NCBI GenBank assembly: GCA_039935435.1
Contig: JBDTKG010000102.1
Span: 1 to 26,966, forward strand
Direction of reading: 5' to 3'
From: Candidatus Saccharimonadales bacterium
GTDB taxonomy: Bacteria; Patescibacteriota; Saccharimonadia; Saccharimonadales; JAUPVS01
DNA: 26,966 bases
Positions within the stretch are counted from its first letter, which is position 1. Each line of letters opens with the position of its first letter. Shown here piece by piece: positions 7,564 through 16,505 of this stretch. The notes beneath the pieces were generated by a model that saw nothing but the letters and a program-made list of their open reading frames with translations, had not been told where the DNA came from and did no database searches. The position numbers and the translations under genes were made by a program.

Positions 7564-7830
7564 ATGGCAGTTTCAATTTTAACGTTAGCTAAGCCGGCTC
7601 GAACCAATAAGCAGATCCAGGAGTATCTGTCGGCTGTTGATAGGGGATTGACGGGCCGTTTTGTCATGCAAAGCGGCAAGGGATGGTATGTCCGCAAGCC
7701 TGATACGCTTAGAGGGAGATTGTTTGCTACCAAAGCCAAGGCTATTTCTAAGGCTCACCAAGAACTGGCTAAGTCAAAAGGCGAACTTTTCATCTTTGAT
7801 AAAAACGGCCAGCTGATAGGCCGACAGTAG
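7564..7830 (+). CDS. DUF2188-like small basic protein
   Basis: GWYVRK...F.TKAKAI..A......ELFIFDKNGQL pattern, recalled as DUF2188. Confidence 0.6.
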   Translation: MAVSILTLAKPARTNKQIQEYLSAVDRGLTGRFVMQSGKGWYVRKPDTLRGRLFATKAKAISKAHQELAKSKGELFIFDKNGQLIGRQ

Positions 7831-7848
7831 ACGCTTCGTTGCTTCATA

Positions 7849-7902
7849 AATAATAGACCGCCGTTGTCAGCTGAGTGTGGCACACTGGCCTGGGGCAATA
7901 AA
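7849..7902 (+). repeat. Right copy of the degenerate direct repeat bracketing the DGR module
   Basis: AATAATAGACCGCC...GAGTGTG-G-CACACTG...GGCAATAAA, compare 4961-5013. Confidence 0.65.
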
Positions 7903-7939
7903 AAAGACCATCGGCTTATTAAACTGAATGATCTGGTTG

Positions 7940-8015
7940 TGGTGGCTCCTCTCGGACTCGAACCGAGGACACAAGGCTCTTCAAGCCTCTGCTCTACCAA
8001 CTGAGCTAAAGAGCC
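7940..8015 (-). tRNA. tRNA-Phe(GAA)
   Basis: 76-nt cloverleaf, anticodon arm GAGGC-TTGAAGA-GCCTT, TTCGAGT T-loop, CCA. Confidence 0.97.
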
Positions 8016-8026
8016 GTAACCTCGGT

Positions 8027-8055
8027 ATTTTACTTGAAATCGGCCATTTACTCAA
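8027..8055 (-). promoter_or_regulatory. Promoter of tRNA-Phe
   Basis: TTGAGT-17 nt-TAAAAT on the minus strand. Confidence 0.6.
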
Positions 8056-8068
8056 GCCAAGCCGGGGC

Positions 8069-8383
8069 TTATTTCTTTTTAAAGCGCCCCTTGTCGCGGG
8101 TAGCTAGCTTGGCGATTGACTTTTGCAGCGGCTCGTCCAGGCTAATGCCCTGGCTGTTGGCCAAGCAAATCACGCTGTACAGGACGTCGGCCAGTTCACC
8201 GGCTAGGTCGCCGACGCTTTCGCCCGGCTTAGGTGGCTTATCGCCGTGTAGGTGGTTGACTACCCGGGCCACTTCGCCGACTTCCTCAGTCAATCGCGCC
8301 AAAATACTGAGGGCGCACCAGTAGGGCAGTTCGTACTGCTGCAGCTCATCGTCGATCTGCTTTTGGTAGTCGGCCAGGGACAT
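8069..8383 (-). CDS. MazG-like nucleotide pyrophosphohydrolase (YpjD-type)
   Basis: LARLTEEVGEVAR and ELADVLYSVICLAN motifs. Confidence 0.9.
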   Translation of the reverse strand: MSLADYQKQIDDELQQYELPYWCALSILARLTEEVGEVARVVNHLHGDKPPKPGESVGDLAGELADVLYSVICLANSQGISLDEPLQKSIAKLATRDKGRFKKK

Positions 8384-8396
8384 CGTTCCTCTTACC

Positions 8397-9158
8397 CTAT
8401 TTCTCTTTAGCGATGAAGTCGCGGACGCTGTTGACGGTGTCCATGAACTGGGCTGGGAAGATTATGGTGCTGTTCTTCTCGGCTGAGATTTCACTCAGGA
8501 CCTGGAGGTTACGCAGCTGCAGGGCAATCGGGTGAGCCGAGATGATGTCGGCGGCATCACCGAGCTTGGCGGCGCTCAGTTGTTCGCCTTCGGCAGCAAT
8601 AATCTTGGCCCGCTTTTCGCGCTCGGCTTCGGCCTCTTTGGCCATAGCCCTTTGCATGCTGTCGGGCAGCTGAATGTCTTTTAGTTCCACGTTGCTAACG
8701 TAAATACCCCATTTTTCGGTGGCTTGATCCAAAATGGCTTTGACTGATTCGTTAAGCTTGGCAGTTTCGCTGAGTACGTGGTCCAAGCTGGTTTGGCCCA
8801 CAATGTTGCGGACGGTAGTCTGGGCAATTTGGTATGTGGCCGAAACAACGTTCTCAATCTCTACGATGGCTTTGATAGGGTCGGCAATTTGGTAGTAAGC
8901 CACGGCGGCTACATCTATAGAAACATTATCTTTGGTGATGATCTTTTGAGCCTCAATTGGCAAGGTGACAGTGCGCATAGAGACTTTGCGCATGCGGTCA
9001 ATAATAGGGACAATGATGCGGAAGCCCGGCTGCTTGATGTCGGTTTGGACCTTGCCCAGGCGAAAGACCACGCCTCGCTCGTACTGGTTAATAATGCGGG
9101 CGCCGTTGGCCACGATAAATAGAACAACTATAACTATGACTAAAACTAATCCAAACAT
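8397..9158 (-). CDS. SPFH/band 7 stomatin-like (slipin) protein
   Basis: N-terminal [30 protein letters not shown] and ALQLRNLQ motifs. Confidence 0.95.
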   Translation of the reverse strand: MFGLVLVIVIVVLFIVANGARIINQYERGVVFRLGKVQTDIKQPGFRIIVPIIDRMRKVSMRTVTLPIEAQKIITKDNVSIDVAAVAYYQIADPIKAIVEIENVVSATYQIAQTTVRNIVGQTSLDHVLSETAKLNESVKAILDQATEKWGIYVSNVELKDIQLPDSMQRAMAKEAEAEREKRAKIIAAEGEQLSAAKLGDAADIISAHPIALQLRNLQVLSEISAEKNSTIIFPAQFMDTVNSVRDFIAKEK

Positions 9159-9196
9159 GGCGCCCTCTTTCGATTGTTAACTTTTCATTAAAATAA

Positions 9197-9273
9197 TGGT
9201 GGAGCATATCGGATTCGAACCGATGACCTCTTCCATGCCATGGAAGCGCGCTAGCCAACTGCGCCAATGCCCC
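9197..9273 (-). tRNA. tRNA-Ala(GGC)
   Basis: 77-nt cloverleaf, anticodon arm CTTCC-ATGGCAT-GGAAG, G3-U70 acceptor pair, CCA. Confidence 0.97.
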
Positions 9274-9363
9274 GTACTCAAACTGTCTTAACAGAGATAG
9301 ATTGTACACTATCCGGCGTCATTTTGCCAAGCAAAGGGGCTGGCAGCCTGCTACAATATAGGT

Positions 9364-10317
9364 ATGCCTCAAAATACGCCTCACAGCTCTGCGAAAAACT
9401 GGGCCAGAGACTACCAAAACTGGGTTGAGCAATTTGACTACCCGTGGTTTATACAGGCTGCCTGGGCCACTGGGGTTGTTTTGTTGCTGTTAGCTGGTTG
9501 GCTGTGGTGGAGTTACGGTAGCGTTAAGTCCTATGACGTCTTTTGGGGAACTATTAATAATAGTCTGGCCACCAACGCCGTAAGCAAGCAGGTCAGTAGC
9601 AGCTCGGGTGGCACTACTATTGCTTTGAGCCAGCAAATTAGCCTGGGGGGGCAGAATGCTGTCACTAGCCGGTCGGTCATAACTCAGGGCCAGGGCGATC
9701 AGCAAACGGTGGTTAAAACGGAGTCCATCGCTACGCCCACCACTAACTACAGTCGTTATACCAACATTACAACTAGGCAATCTAAGGCAGCAGCAGTTCT
9801 CAATTTTAAGCCGATTTTAAATATTTGGGGCAAGGAGGCGGTTAATGCTAGCGGCAACGGCTCATTTGCTCAAGCTATTTTCGATATTATTCCAATCGCA
9901 GATTTGCAGCCGGCTCAGCGCCAAGCCGTAGTGGCCAGCATGAAAACTGGCAATGTTTACACGGTCGACTACTCGGCCGTAAAAAAGCATCACCAGAATG
10001 GCCACCTAATTTACGACTATACGCTAGCAATTGCGCCCGATGGTTACGTCAATATTCTCAAGCAAATCGACAACGACATGAACCTAAATCAACTGACCAA
10101 TTTAGATGCTTCGCAGTACCAGGGTGCCGTCGCCGTTAAGGTAACGGTCTCGATTGATGCCCATGCTCGCCAGCTAGTCGGCCTGAGCTTCGACGGCAGC
10201 AACCAAACCGAAAGCTTCAGCAATTACGGCTACGCCCCAACCATTCAGATACCCGCTAAAACGGTGCCGCTCAGTCAGCTGCAAAACCAGCTTGCGGCAA
10301 CTTTAGGGAGCAAGTAA
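9364..10317 (+). CDS. Hypothetical membrane-anchored protein (one N-terminal TM, Ser/Thr/Gln-rich exterior domain)
   Basis: 317-aa ORF. TGcTACAAT lies 6 nt before the ATG. First gene of an operon with the Mur ligase. Confidence 0.75.
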   Translation: MPQNTPHSSAKNWARDYQNWVEQFDYPWFIQAAWATGVVLLLLAGWLWWSYGSVKSYDVFWGTINNSLATNAVSKQVSSSSGGTTIALSQQISLGGQNAVTSRSVITQGQGDQQTVVKTESIATPTTNYSRYTNITTRQSKAAAVLNFKPILNIWGKEAVNASGNGSFAQAIFDIIPIADLQPAQRQAVVASMKTGNVYTVDYSAVKKHHQNGHLIYDYTLAIAPDGYVNILKQIDNDMNLNQLTNLDASQYQGAVAVKVTVSIDAHARQLVGLSFDGSNQTESFSNYGYAPTIQIPAKTVPLSQLQNQLAATLGSK

Positions 10318-10319
10318 AC

Positions 10320-11594
10320 ATGATAAAAAAACTACTGCGCTTGGTAATAGTTAAAATCCTTGGCTGGCAGGTGCGACGTTTACAGCGTAGGCATCAATTC
10401 AAAGTAGTTGGGGTGGCCGGCAGCGTCGGCAAGACTAGTGCCAAATTTGCCATCGCCACCGTTTTGGCGCAAAAATACCGAGTTCGTTTTCAGGCCGGTA
10501 ACTACAACGATTTAGTGACGGTGCCGTTAATCTTTTTTGGCAAAGATTTGCCTAGCTTGTTTAACCCGTTTGCCTGGCTAAAAGTATTAATTAGTAATGA
10601 ACTGCAGCTACGCAAACCGTATGCCTATGACGTGGTCGTGGTAGAAGTCGGCACCGACTACCCAGGCAATCTTATTAAGTTTGGAGCCTATCTGCGTTTA
10701 GATATCGCCGTGGTGACAGCTATCAGTCCGGAGCATATGGAATTCTTCGCCAATCTAGACGATGTGGCCACCGAGGAGTTGTCGGTCGGAGTCTATGCCG
10801 ACAAGTTGGTTGTCAATGCCGATTTGTGCGACCCGCAGTACCTGAATATTCCGGGCTCCATGGTAACTTTTGGCGGCAAAACAGCCGACTATAAACTCCA
10901 AGATATCAAGTTTTCGGAAGAATCGGCCAGTTACCAGATTCATCACCAAAGCCAAGTTTTTAAACTGAGGCAGGCCGCAGTTGCCAAAAGCGAAATTTAC
11001 AGTGCAACGGCGGCATCGGTGGTGGCTGAGTTATTGGCCTTAGACAAGACGCAAATATTGGCCGGCGTTGCTTTAATAAAACCGGTTAGTGGCCGCATGC
11101 AGCGGTTAGCTGGCCGTAAAGATTCCATCATTTTGGACGAAACCTACAATGCCAGCCCCGATGCTGTCATGGCGGCCTTGGATAGCTTGTACATCTTTAA
11201 GTCGGCTCATAAAATTGTCATTTTGGGTAACATGAACGAGCTTGGCCAAAGCTCGGCCAGCGCCCACCAGCAAATTGGTGCCTACTGCGATCCGGAGCAG
11301 CTGGAGCTGGTTGTGACCATCGGGCCCGACGCCAACCAATACCTAGCACCGGCTGCCGAAGAAGCCGGTTGCCGCGTCAAAACCTTTACCGACCCTTATG
11401 CCGCTGGCCAGTTTGTCAAAGACCAACTACAGCCCGGCAGCGTTATCTTGGCCAAGGGCTCGCAGAACTTAGTTTATGCCGAGGAAGCCATCAAGCCTCT
11501 GCTAGCTGACCCGGCCGACAGCGCCAAACTAGTCCGCCAATCGGCCGCCTGGACAAAGAAAAAACAGGAGAACTTCAAACATGTCAGAATTTGA
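10320..11594 (+). CDS. murF: Mur ligase, MurF-like, lacking the usual N-terminal domain
   Basis: GSVGKT P-loop, GNYN, DETYNASP, GNMNELG and AKGSQ motifs. Confidence 0.75.
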   Translation: MIKKLLRLVIVKILGWQVRRLQRRHQFKVVGVAGSVGKTSAKFAIATVLAQKYRVRFQAGNYNDLVTVPLIFFGKDLPSLFNPFAWLKVLISNELQLRKPYAYDVVVVEVGTDYPGNLIKFGAYLRLDIAVVTAISPEHMEFFANLDDVATEELSVGVYADKLVVNADLCDPQYLNIPGSMVTFGGKTADYKLQDIKFSEESASYQIHHQSQVFKLRQAAVAKSEIYSATAASVVAELLALDKTQILAGVALIKPVSGRMQRLAGRKDSIILDETYNASPDAVMAALDSLYIFKSAHKIVILGNMNELGQSSASAHQQIGAYCDPEQLELVVTIGPDANQYLAPAAEEAGCRVKTFTDPYAAGQFVKDQLQPGSVILAKGSQNLVYAEEAIKPLLADPADSAKLVRQSAAWTKKKQENFKHVRI

Positions 11595-12504
11595 TTATCA
11601 CCACTCCCAAGCTTACTTCCGGGACGACTTCGTGCCCTTTTCCGAAGCTAATTTAAGTATTGGATCATCGCCAGTATTGTACGGGTTGTGCGTTTATACC
11701 GTTTTTGCAGCTAGTTGGGACCCAAAGGCCAAGCAGCTATATGCTTTCCGGCTCAAAGATCATTACAAAAGGCTAGTTAATTCTGCCAACATCATGGATT
11801 TTAATTCCTTTTCTAAAGTCTGGAGTTATGAACGTTTTGAATTGACTATGCTAGAGCTGCTGCGCCGCAACAAGGTTCAAGAAAATGTTTTGGTGCGAGC
11901 GGCTGTTTTTGTTGATGAGCTACTAGCCGGCACCAAAATCCATGACCTCAAAAATAGCTTTAGCGCCTATGTTTACCCGATGGGTCACATCTTGCCAGAC
12001 GACGGAGCCCATGTTTGCGTGTCTAGTTGGCAGCGGACGGCCGACAACGCCATTCCGTCGCGGGCCAAGGTTAACGGTAGCTATATTAACGCCAGCCTGA
12101 TGAAGAACGAAGCCTTGCTAAATGGTTACGACGAAGCCATCGCCATCGACGATCATGGCCACGTGGCCGAGGGCACAGTAGCCAACCTGTTTATTGTCCG
12201 CGGCGGCAAACTGATCACGCCCGACCCAGCCACCGACATTCTGGAAGGCATCACCCGTGATACCGTTTTGCAACTAGCCGCTGAACTAGGTATTCCAGCT
12301 GTGGAGCGCAGCATCGACCGCAGCGAACTGTACATTGCCGACGAGATTATGATGTGCGGCAGCTCGGCCCGGGTGCTGCCGATTTTGTCTGTCGACAAGC
12401 GTCAGGCTGGCAACGGCCAAGCCGGCCCGCTAACCAAAAAGATCGCCACCGCCTTCCAAGTCGCTCAAACACAAGACAGCCACGGCTGGCTAACCAAAGT
12501 CTAA
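11581..12504 (+). CDS. Class IV PLP aminotransferase (IlvE/BCAT-like)
   Basis: RAKVNGSY (PLP Lys), GYDEAI, EGTVANLF and ILEGITR motifs. Confidence 0.85.
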   Translation: MSEFDYHHSQAYFRDDFVPFSEANLSIGSSPVLYGLCVYTVFAASWDPKAKQLYAFRLKDHYKRLVNSANIMDFNSFSKVWSYERFELTMLELLRRNKVQENVLVRAAVFVDELLAGTKIHDLKNSFSAYVYPMGHILPDDGAHVCVSSWQRTADNAIPSRAKVNGSYINASLMKNEALLNGYDEAIAIDDHGHVAEGTVANLFIVRGGKLITPDPATDILEGITRDTVLQLAAELGIPAVERSIDRSELYIADEIMMCGSSARVLPILSVDKRQAGNGQAGPLTKKIATAFQVAQTQDSHGWLTKV

Positions 12505-12569
12505 GAACTGCTCGCATATTTATGCAAAACAGGGTATAATATAGCTCAATACTAAGGTTAGGAGCTTGT

Positions 12570-13046
12570 ATGGAACTGATCGATGCCCTTAGATTTATCC
12601 AGCAGCAAGAAGCCCAACATAAGGCTCTGGAAAAACAAAGTACCCAAGATGTTGGGCCTGAAGGTGTGGCCTTGCGAGAACGATTTATGGCGCTCGGCCA
12701 ACGCGTCGTGGACTTAGCCGGTTTGCAGGCCGGTCTAATCTATAGGTGGCCCATCGGCCGCGACAAGCAATCTTCTAAATACCGCTACGCCGTAGATTTA
12801 GGTGAAGGTAAGACTCTTACCGTGGCGACCGATACTATTCAGGACCGAGGCGTATACATCCCGGATAGTTTTGAAGAGATCAGGGCCACCTGGAAGTTTG
12901 GTGATGGTAGGGCCGTCCGTGAGGCTGTGGCTTCGACTGATCTTGATAGAGTTAGTTCTGCAGCAGTCTCCCAGAATTTGCTTCTTTTAGAAACTAGCCT
13001 CAAGGTTGCCGAAGAAGCCCCGCTGGCAATCCCATTCAGTTCCTAG
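12570..13046 (+). CDS. Hypothetical protein
   Basis: 158-aa ORF with AGGAG SD and upstream TATAAT. No recognised motif. Confidence 0.65.
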   Translation: MELIDALRFIQQQEAQHKALEKQSTQDVGPEGVALRERFMALGQRVVDLAGLQAGLIYRWPIGRDKQSSKYRYAVDLGEGKTLTVATDTIQDRGVYIPDSFEEIRATWKFGDGRAVREAVASTDLDRVSSAAVSQNLLLLETSLKVAEEAPLAIPFSS

Positions 13047-13081
13047 CCATAACGGCTTGGCATTAGGTATACTAGAAGTAG

Positions 13082-15535
13082 ATGAAACGATACGATCCCA
13101 AGACTCTGGAGCCCAAGTGGCAGAAACGGTGGGCGGCAGATAAGCTGTATGCCGCTGTAGATTTTGATGCCACTCGGCCCAAATATACTATGCTGACAGA
13201 GTTTCCGTACCCTTCGGGCGACGGCCTGCATATTGGCCACGTCCGGGAGTATAGCTTGGCTGATGCCGTTGCCCGCTATAAACGAATGACCGGCCACAAT
13301 GTGCTGTATCCGATGGGCTACGATGCTTTTGGCTTGCCCACCGAGAACTACGCTATCAAGCACAAAATTGCCCCCCAAGCGGCCACCGAGCACAACATTG
13401 CTAACTTCCAAAAGCAGTTCGACAGCCTAGGCCTGAGCATCGATTGGTCGCGTAGCTTCCGTACCACCGACCCTGATTATTACAAATGGACTCAGTGGCT
13501 ATTTTTGCAGTTTTACAAACATGATTTGGCGTATCAGGCCGAAGTCGACATTAACTGGTGTCCGCATTGTAAAACCGGCCTATCTAACGAAGAAGTTGTT
13601 AACGGCCGCCACGAACGCTGCGACACGCTAGTCGAAAAAAAGACTCTAAAGCAGTGGATTTTGCGCATTACCAAGTACGCCGACCGCCTGATTGACGGCC
13701 TGGCCAACGTGGACTACCCCAGCCGCATCGCCGACCAGCAAATCAACTGGATTGGCCGCAGCCAGGGCGCCGAGGTCGACTTCAAAATCGGCAGCCGCAA
13801 ACTAACCGTCTTTACCACCCGTGCCGACACAATCTTTAGCGGCGCTTTTCTAGTTCTAGCCCCAGAGCATCCTCTTGTTGATAAACTTACAACCGATGAA
13901 CAAAAACAGGCTGTTCGCGATTACGTGATTGCTACTCAGGCCAAAAGCGAAATCGACCGTCAAGACGATAAAAAAGAAAAAACGGGCGTTTTTACTGGTA
14001 GCTACGCAGTTAATCCTGCCAACGATGAAAAGATTCCCGTCTGGATTGCCGACTTTGTTTTGGCTGGCTATGGAACCGGCGCTGTATTCGGCGACATTCA
14101 CGATGAGCGTGACTTCGAATTCCTCAATAAGTATGATATTCCGGCTAAGGTAACCGTAGTTCCAGAAGATGCCAAAGAAGCCCAGAAGGTTAAAGACAAA
14201 GAATACGCCTACACCTCGGAAGGAATTCTGATAGACTCCGGCCATTTTAGTGGTCAACCTAGTGCCGAAGCCCGCGATAAGATTATTGCTTGGTTGGCCG
14301 AAAAGGGTGCTGCCCGCGAGCGCGTCAACTATCGGCTGCGTGATTGGATTTTTAGCCGTCAGCATTATTGGGGCGAGCCAATTCCGATTATTCATTGTGC
14401 CAAAGACGGTGCCGTGCCGGTTCCCGAAAAGGATTTACCAGTAGTTTTACCGGAGGTCAAGAATTATGAGCCAACCGATACTGGCCAGAGTCCGTTGGCA
14501 GCTATTGCCGATTGGGTGAATGTAAAATGTCCCAAGTGCGGTGGCCCGGCCAAACGTGAGACCGACACCATGCCTAACTGGGCTGGCTCCAGCTGGTACT
14601 ATCTGCGCTACTACGACGCCCACAACGACCAGGTTTTTGCTGACCCCAAAAAGCTCAAATACTGGGGCGAAGTCGACATGTATTTGGGCGGCATGGAACA
14701 CACTACCTTGCACTTGCTGTACAGCCGATTTTGGCACCAATTCTTATACGACCAAGGCCTAGTGCCAACGCCCGAACCTTACCATGCTCGCCGTGGCCAA
14801 GGCATCATTTTGGCAGCTGATGGCACCAAGATGAGCAAAAGTAAGGGCAACGTGGTCAACCCCAATGAAGTTTTGGAGGCTGGTTATGGGGCGGACGCGC
14901 TGCGTTTAGCCATCGCCTTTTTGGCGCCTTACGATCAAACAACGCCTTGGAGCCCCGAAACGGTCGGTGGCACCTTTCGCTTTGTGCAACGGGTCTGGAC
15001 CTTGGTCCAAGAGTTTGAGGAGGCCAAGCCTGGCACCGCTGACGATCGAGCTTTGTTAGTAGCAACTCACCGGGCCATCAAAAAGGTCAGCCGCGACATC
15101 GACAAGCTGAACTTTAATACGGCCGTATCGGCACTCATGGAATTTACAAATCAGCTTTACAAACTCAAGCAGAGCGATGGTTTTAAAGCCGGCCCATGCT
15201 GGCAGTTTGCCCTGGAAAGCCTAACTCAATTGCTAGCGCCACTAGCGCCTCATATTTGCGAAGAGATTTGGCAGCAACTGGGCCACGAACATTCGGTGCA
15301 CGTTTCGGCTTGGCCAACATGGGACGACAAGTTTTTGGCCAGCGATACCATGACAATCGTGGTTCAGGTTAATGGCAAGGTTCGGGCTCAACTAGACTTG
15401 CCAGCCGATAGCACCGAAAAAGCCGTATTAGCGTCGGCCCGCAAAGATCACAAAGTTGACAGTTATGTGGCTGACAAAGAGATTATTAAAACCATTTATG
15501 TTCCAGCCAAGCTAGTTAGCTTTGTAGTTAAATAA
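13082..15535 (+). CDS. leuS: Leucyl-tRNA synthetase
   Basis: FPYPSGDGLHIGH (HIGH), KMSKS, editing-domain FTTRADT, and GGMEH motifs. Confidence 0.98.
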   Translation: MKRYDPKTLEPKWQKRWAADKLYAAVDFDATRPKYTMLTEFPYPSGDGLHIGHVREYSLADAVARYKRMTGHNVLYPMGYDAFGLPTENYAIKHKIAPQAATEHNIANFQKQFDSLGLSIDWSRSFRTTDPDYYKWTQWLFLQFYKHDLAYQAEVDINWCPHCKTGLSNEEVVNGRHERCDTLVEKKTLKQWILRITKYADRLIDGLANVDYPSRIADQQINWIGRSQGAEVDFKIGSRKLTVFTTRADTIFSGAFLVLAPEHPLVDKLTTDEQKQAVRDYVIATQAKSEIDRQDDKKEKTGVFTGSYAVNPANDEKIPVWIADFVLAGYGTGAVFGDIHDERDFEFLNKYDIPAKVTVVPEDAKEAQKVKDKEYAYTSEGILIDSGHFSGQPSAEARDKIIAWLAEKGAARERVNYRLRDWIFSRQHYWGEPIPIIHCAKDGAVPVPEKDLPVVLPEVKNYEPTDTGQSPLAAIADWVNVKCPKCGGPAKRETDTMPNWAGSSWYYLRYYDAHNDQVFADPKKLKYWGEVDMYLGGMEHTTLHLLYSRFWHQFLYDQGLVPTPEPYHARRGQGIILAADGTKMSKSKGNVVNPNEVLEAGYGADALRLAIAFLAPYDQTTPWSPETVGGTFRFVQRVWTLVQEFEEAKPGTADDRALLVATHRAIKKVSRDIDKLNFNTAVSALMEFTNQLYKLKQSDGFKAGPCWQFALESLTQLLAPLAPHICEEIWQQLGHEHSVHVSAWPTWDDKFLASDTMTIVVQVNGKVRAQLDLPADSTEKAVLASARKDHKVDSYVADKEIIKTIYVPAKLVSFVVK

Positions 15536-15599
15536 CGCTTGTGTTTGACGGGCTTATGCGTGTAAAATATTGATAGAATGTTTACAAAAAGGAGGCAAG

Positions 15600-15686
15600 A
15601 TGGACATCAAGATACCAATTATACAACCAAAATCGGCCCATCCTAGTCCTTCGCAGGGTCTACTAAAAGCCACTAGCCAGATTTAG
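15600..15686 (+). CDS. Putative 28-aa small ORF (MDIKIPIIQPKSAHPSPSQGLLKATSQI)
   Basis: AGGAGG SD just upstream of the ATG. Ends 13 nt before the PIN gene. Not in the ORF track. Confidence 0.35.
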   Translation: MDIKIPIIQPKSAHPSPSQGLLKATSQI

Positions 15687-15699
15687 AACGGAGCTAAGG

Positions 15700-16218
15700 G
15701 TGGCCGATAAAAAACTTCTGTTGGTTGATGCCAATATTATTTCGCATGCGTTGACGGAGACACAGACAGCTGCCTACGTTAAGCTTTTTGCGCGACTTGA
15801 GAAGCATTACAAGTTTGTTGTTACAGGATTTACGAAATACGAAGTTATGTGCACCTCAGACAGGGAGCATAAGGCCTTGATTGCAGAGTACCTAAGTCAG
15901 AACATGGCATATGTAACTCTATCTGCGCCATTGATGGACTTTGCCGCAAAACTCTGCTTCTTATATCAGAAGCATGCGAGTACAAAAGGGCATAAAATTG
16001 GTATGGGCGATATAGTAAATGCGGCTTTTGCGATCGCCAAACCCTGTGCGGTACTAACGATAGACAACATGGACTACCCAGCGCCCTTCTTTATGGAAAG
16101 CGAGCGTGAGCATATTCGATATAAGACTAAAAGGCGGGACAATATTACTGACGTAGTGCATATATTGACTGCGGATATAAGCTACACAAAAAGTTGTTTC
16201 GATAGGCATCAGGTATAA
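15700..16218 (+). CDS. PIN-domain (VapC-like) protein
   Basis: LLVDANII, YEV, GDIVNAAFA and LTIDN place the acidic PIN residues. Confidence 0.7.
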   Translation: MADKKLLLVDANIISHALTETQTAAYVKLFARLEKHYKFVVTGFTKYEVMCTSDREHKALIAEYLSQNMAYVTLSAPLMDFAAKLCFLYQKHASTKGHKIGMGDIVNAAFAIAKPCAVLTIDNMDYPAPFFMESEREHIRYKTKRRDNITDVVHILTADISYTKSCFDRHQV

Positions 16219-16236
16219 GCACCGTGGTCACCAAGC

Positions 16237-16265
16237 TTGATAGGAGGCTCAACATCGGTTATAAT
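16237..16265 (+). promoter_or_regulatory. Promoter of the rpmF-nusB-NUDIX-rnc operon
   Basis: TTGATA-17 nt-TATAAT. Confidence 0.75.
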
Positions 16266-16311
16266 TACCTTCGAAGTTCAGCAATAACAATATTTAAGGA
16301 GAAGTTTTTCT

Positions 16312-16461
16312 ATGGGTAAACCCAAGAAGCGAACATCGCCCCGCCGGACCGGCACCCGCCGTAGCCACTTGGTCATCAAGTTGGCTCGCAAGGTGAACGC
16401 AAGATCACCAGTCAAAGCTTTTACGACTCGCAAAGAGTTTGGTAAAAAAGACTTAAGCTAA
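16312..16461 (+). CDS. rpmF: 50S ribosomal protein bL32, Cys-free form, 49 aa (missed by the ORF track)
   Basis: MGKPKKRTSPRRTGTRRSH N-terminus, AAGGAG SD, position before nusB. Confidence 0.85.
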   Translation: MGKPKKRTSPRRTGTRRSHLVIKLARKVNARSPVKAFTTRKEFGKKDLS

Positions 16462-16505
16462 ACAAGCTTTTAACCGGCTCTCGCCCTTAACAGGAATTTA
16501 ACAAT

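Larger units (their letters stand above)
4961..7902. mobile_element. Diversity-generating retroelement cassette (RT-target/VR-TR-avd) plus DUF2188-like gene
   Basis: All core DGR parts are present, bounded by degenerate direct repeats and adjacent to the tRNA-Phe 3' end. No integrase is visible, and the boundaries are inferred. Confidence 0.8.

Noticed and set aside
7755-8000. 81-aa minus-strand ORF
   Set aside because: It reads through tRNA-Phe and antisense DUF2188.
13047-13081. T-box or attenuator upstream of leuS
   Set aside because: The intergenic gap is only 35 nt, with a -10 hexamer 8 nt before the ATG. There is no room for a leader.
13043-15065. Minus-strand ORFs within leuS (13043-13411, 13856-14395, 14447-14740, 14856-15065)
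   Set aside because: Antisense shadows of a highly conserved gene.
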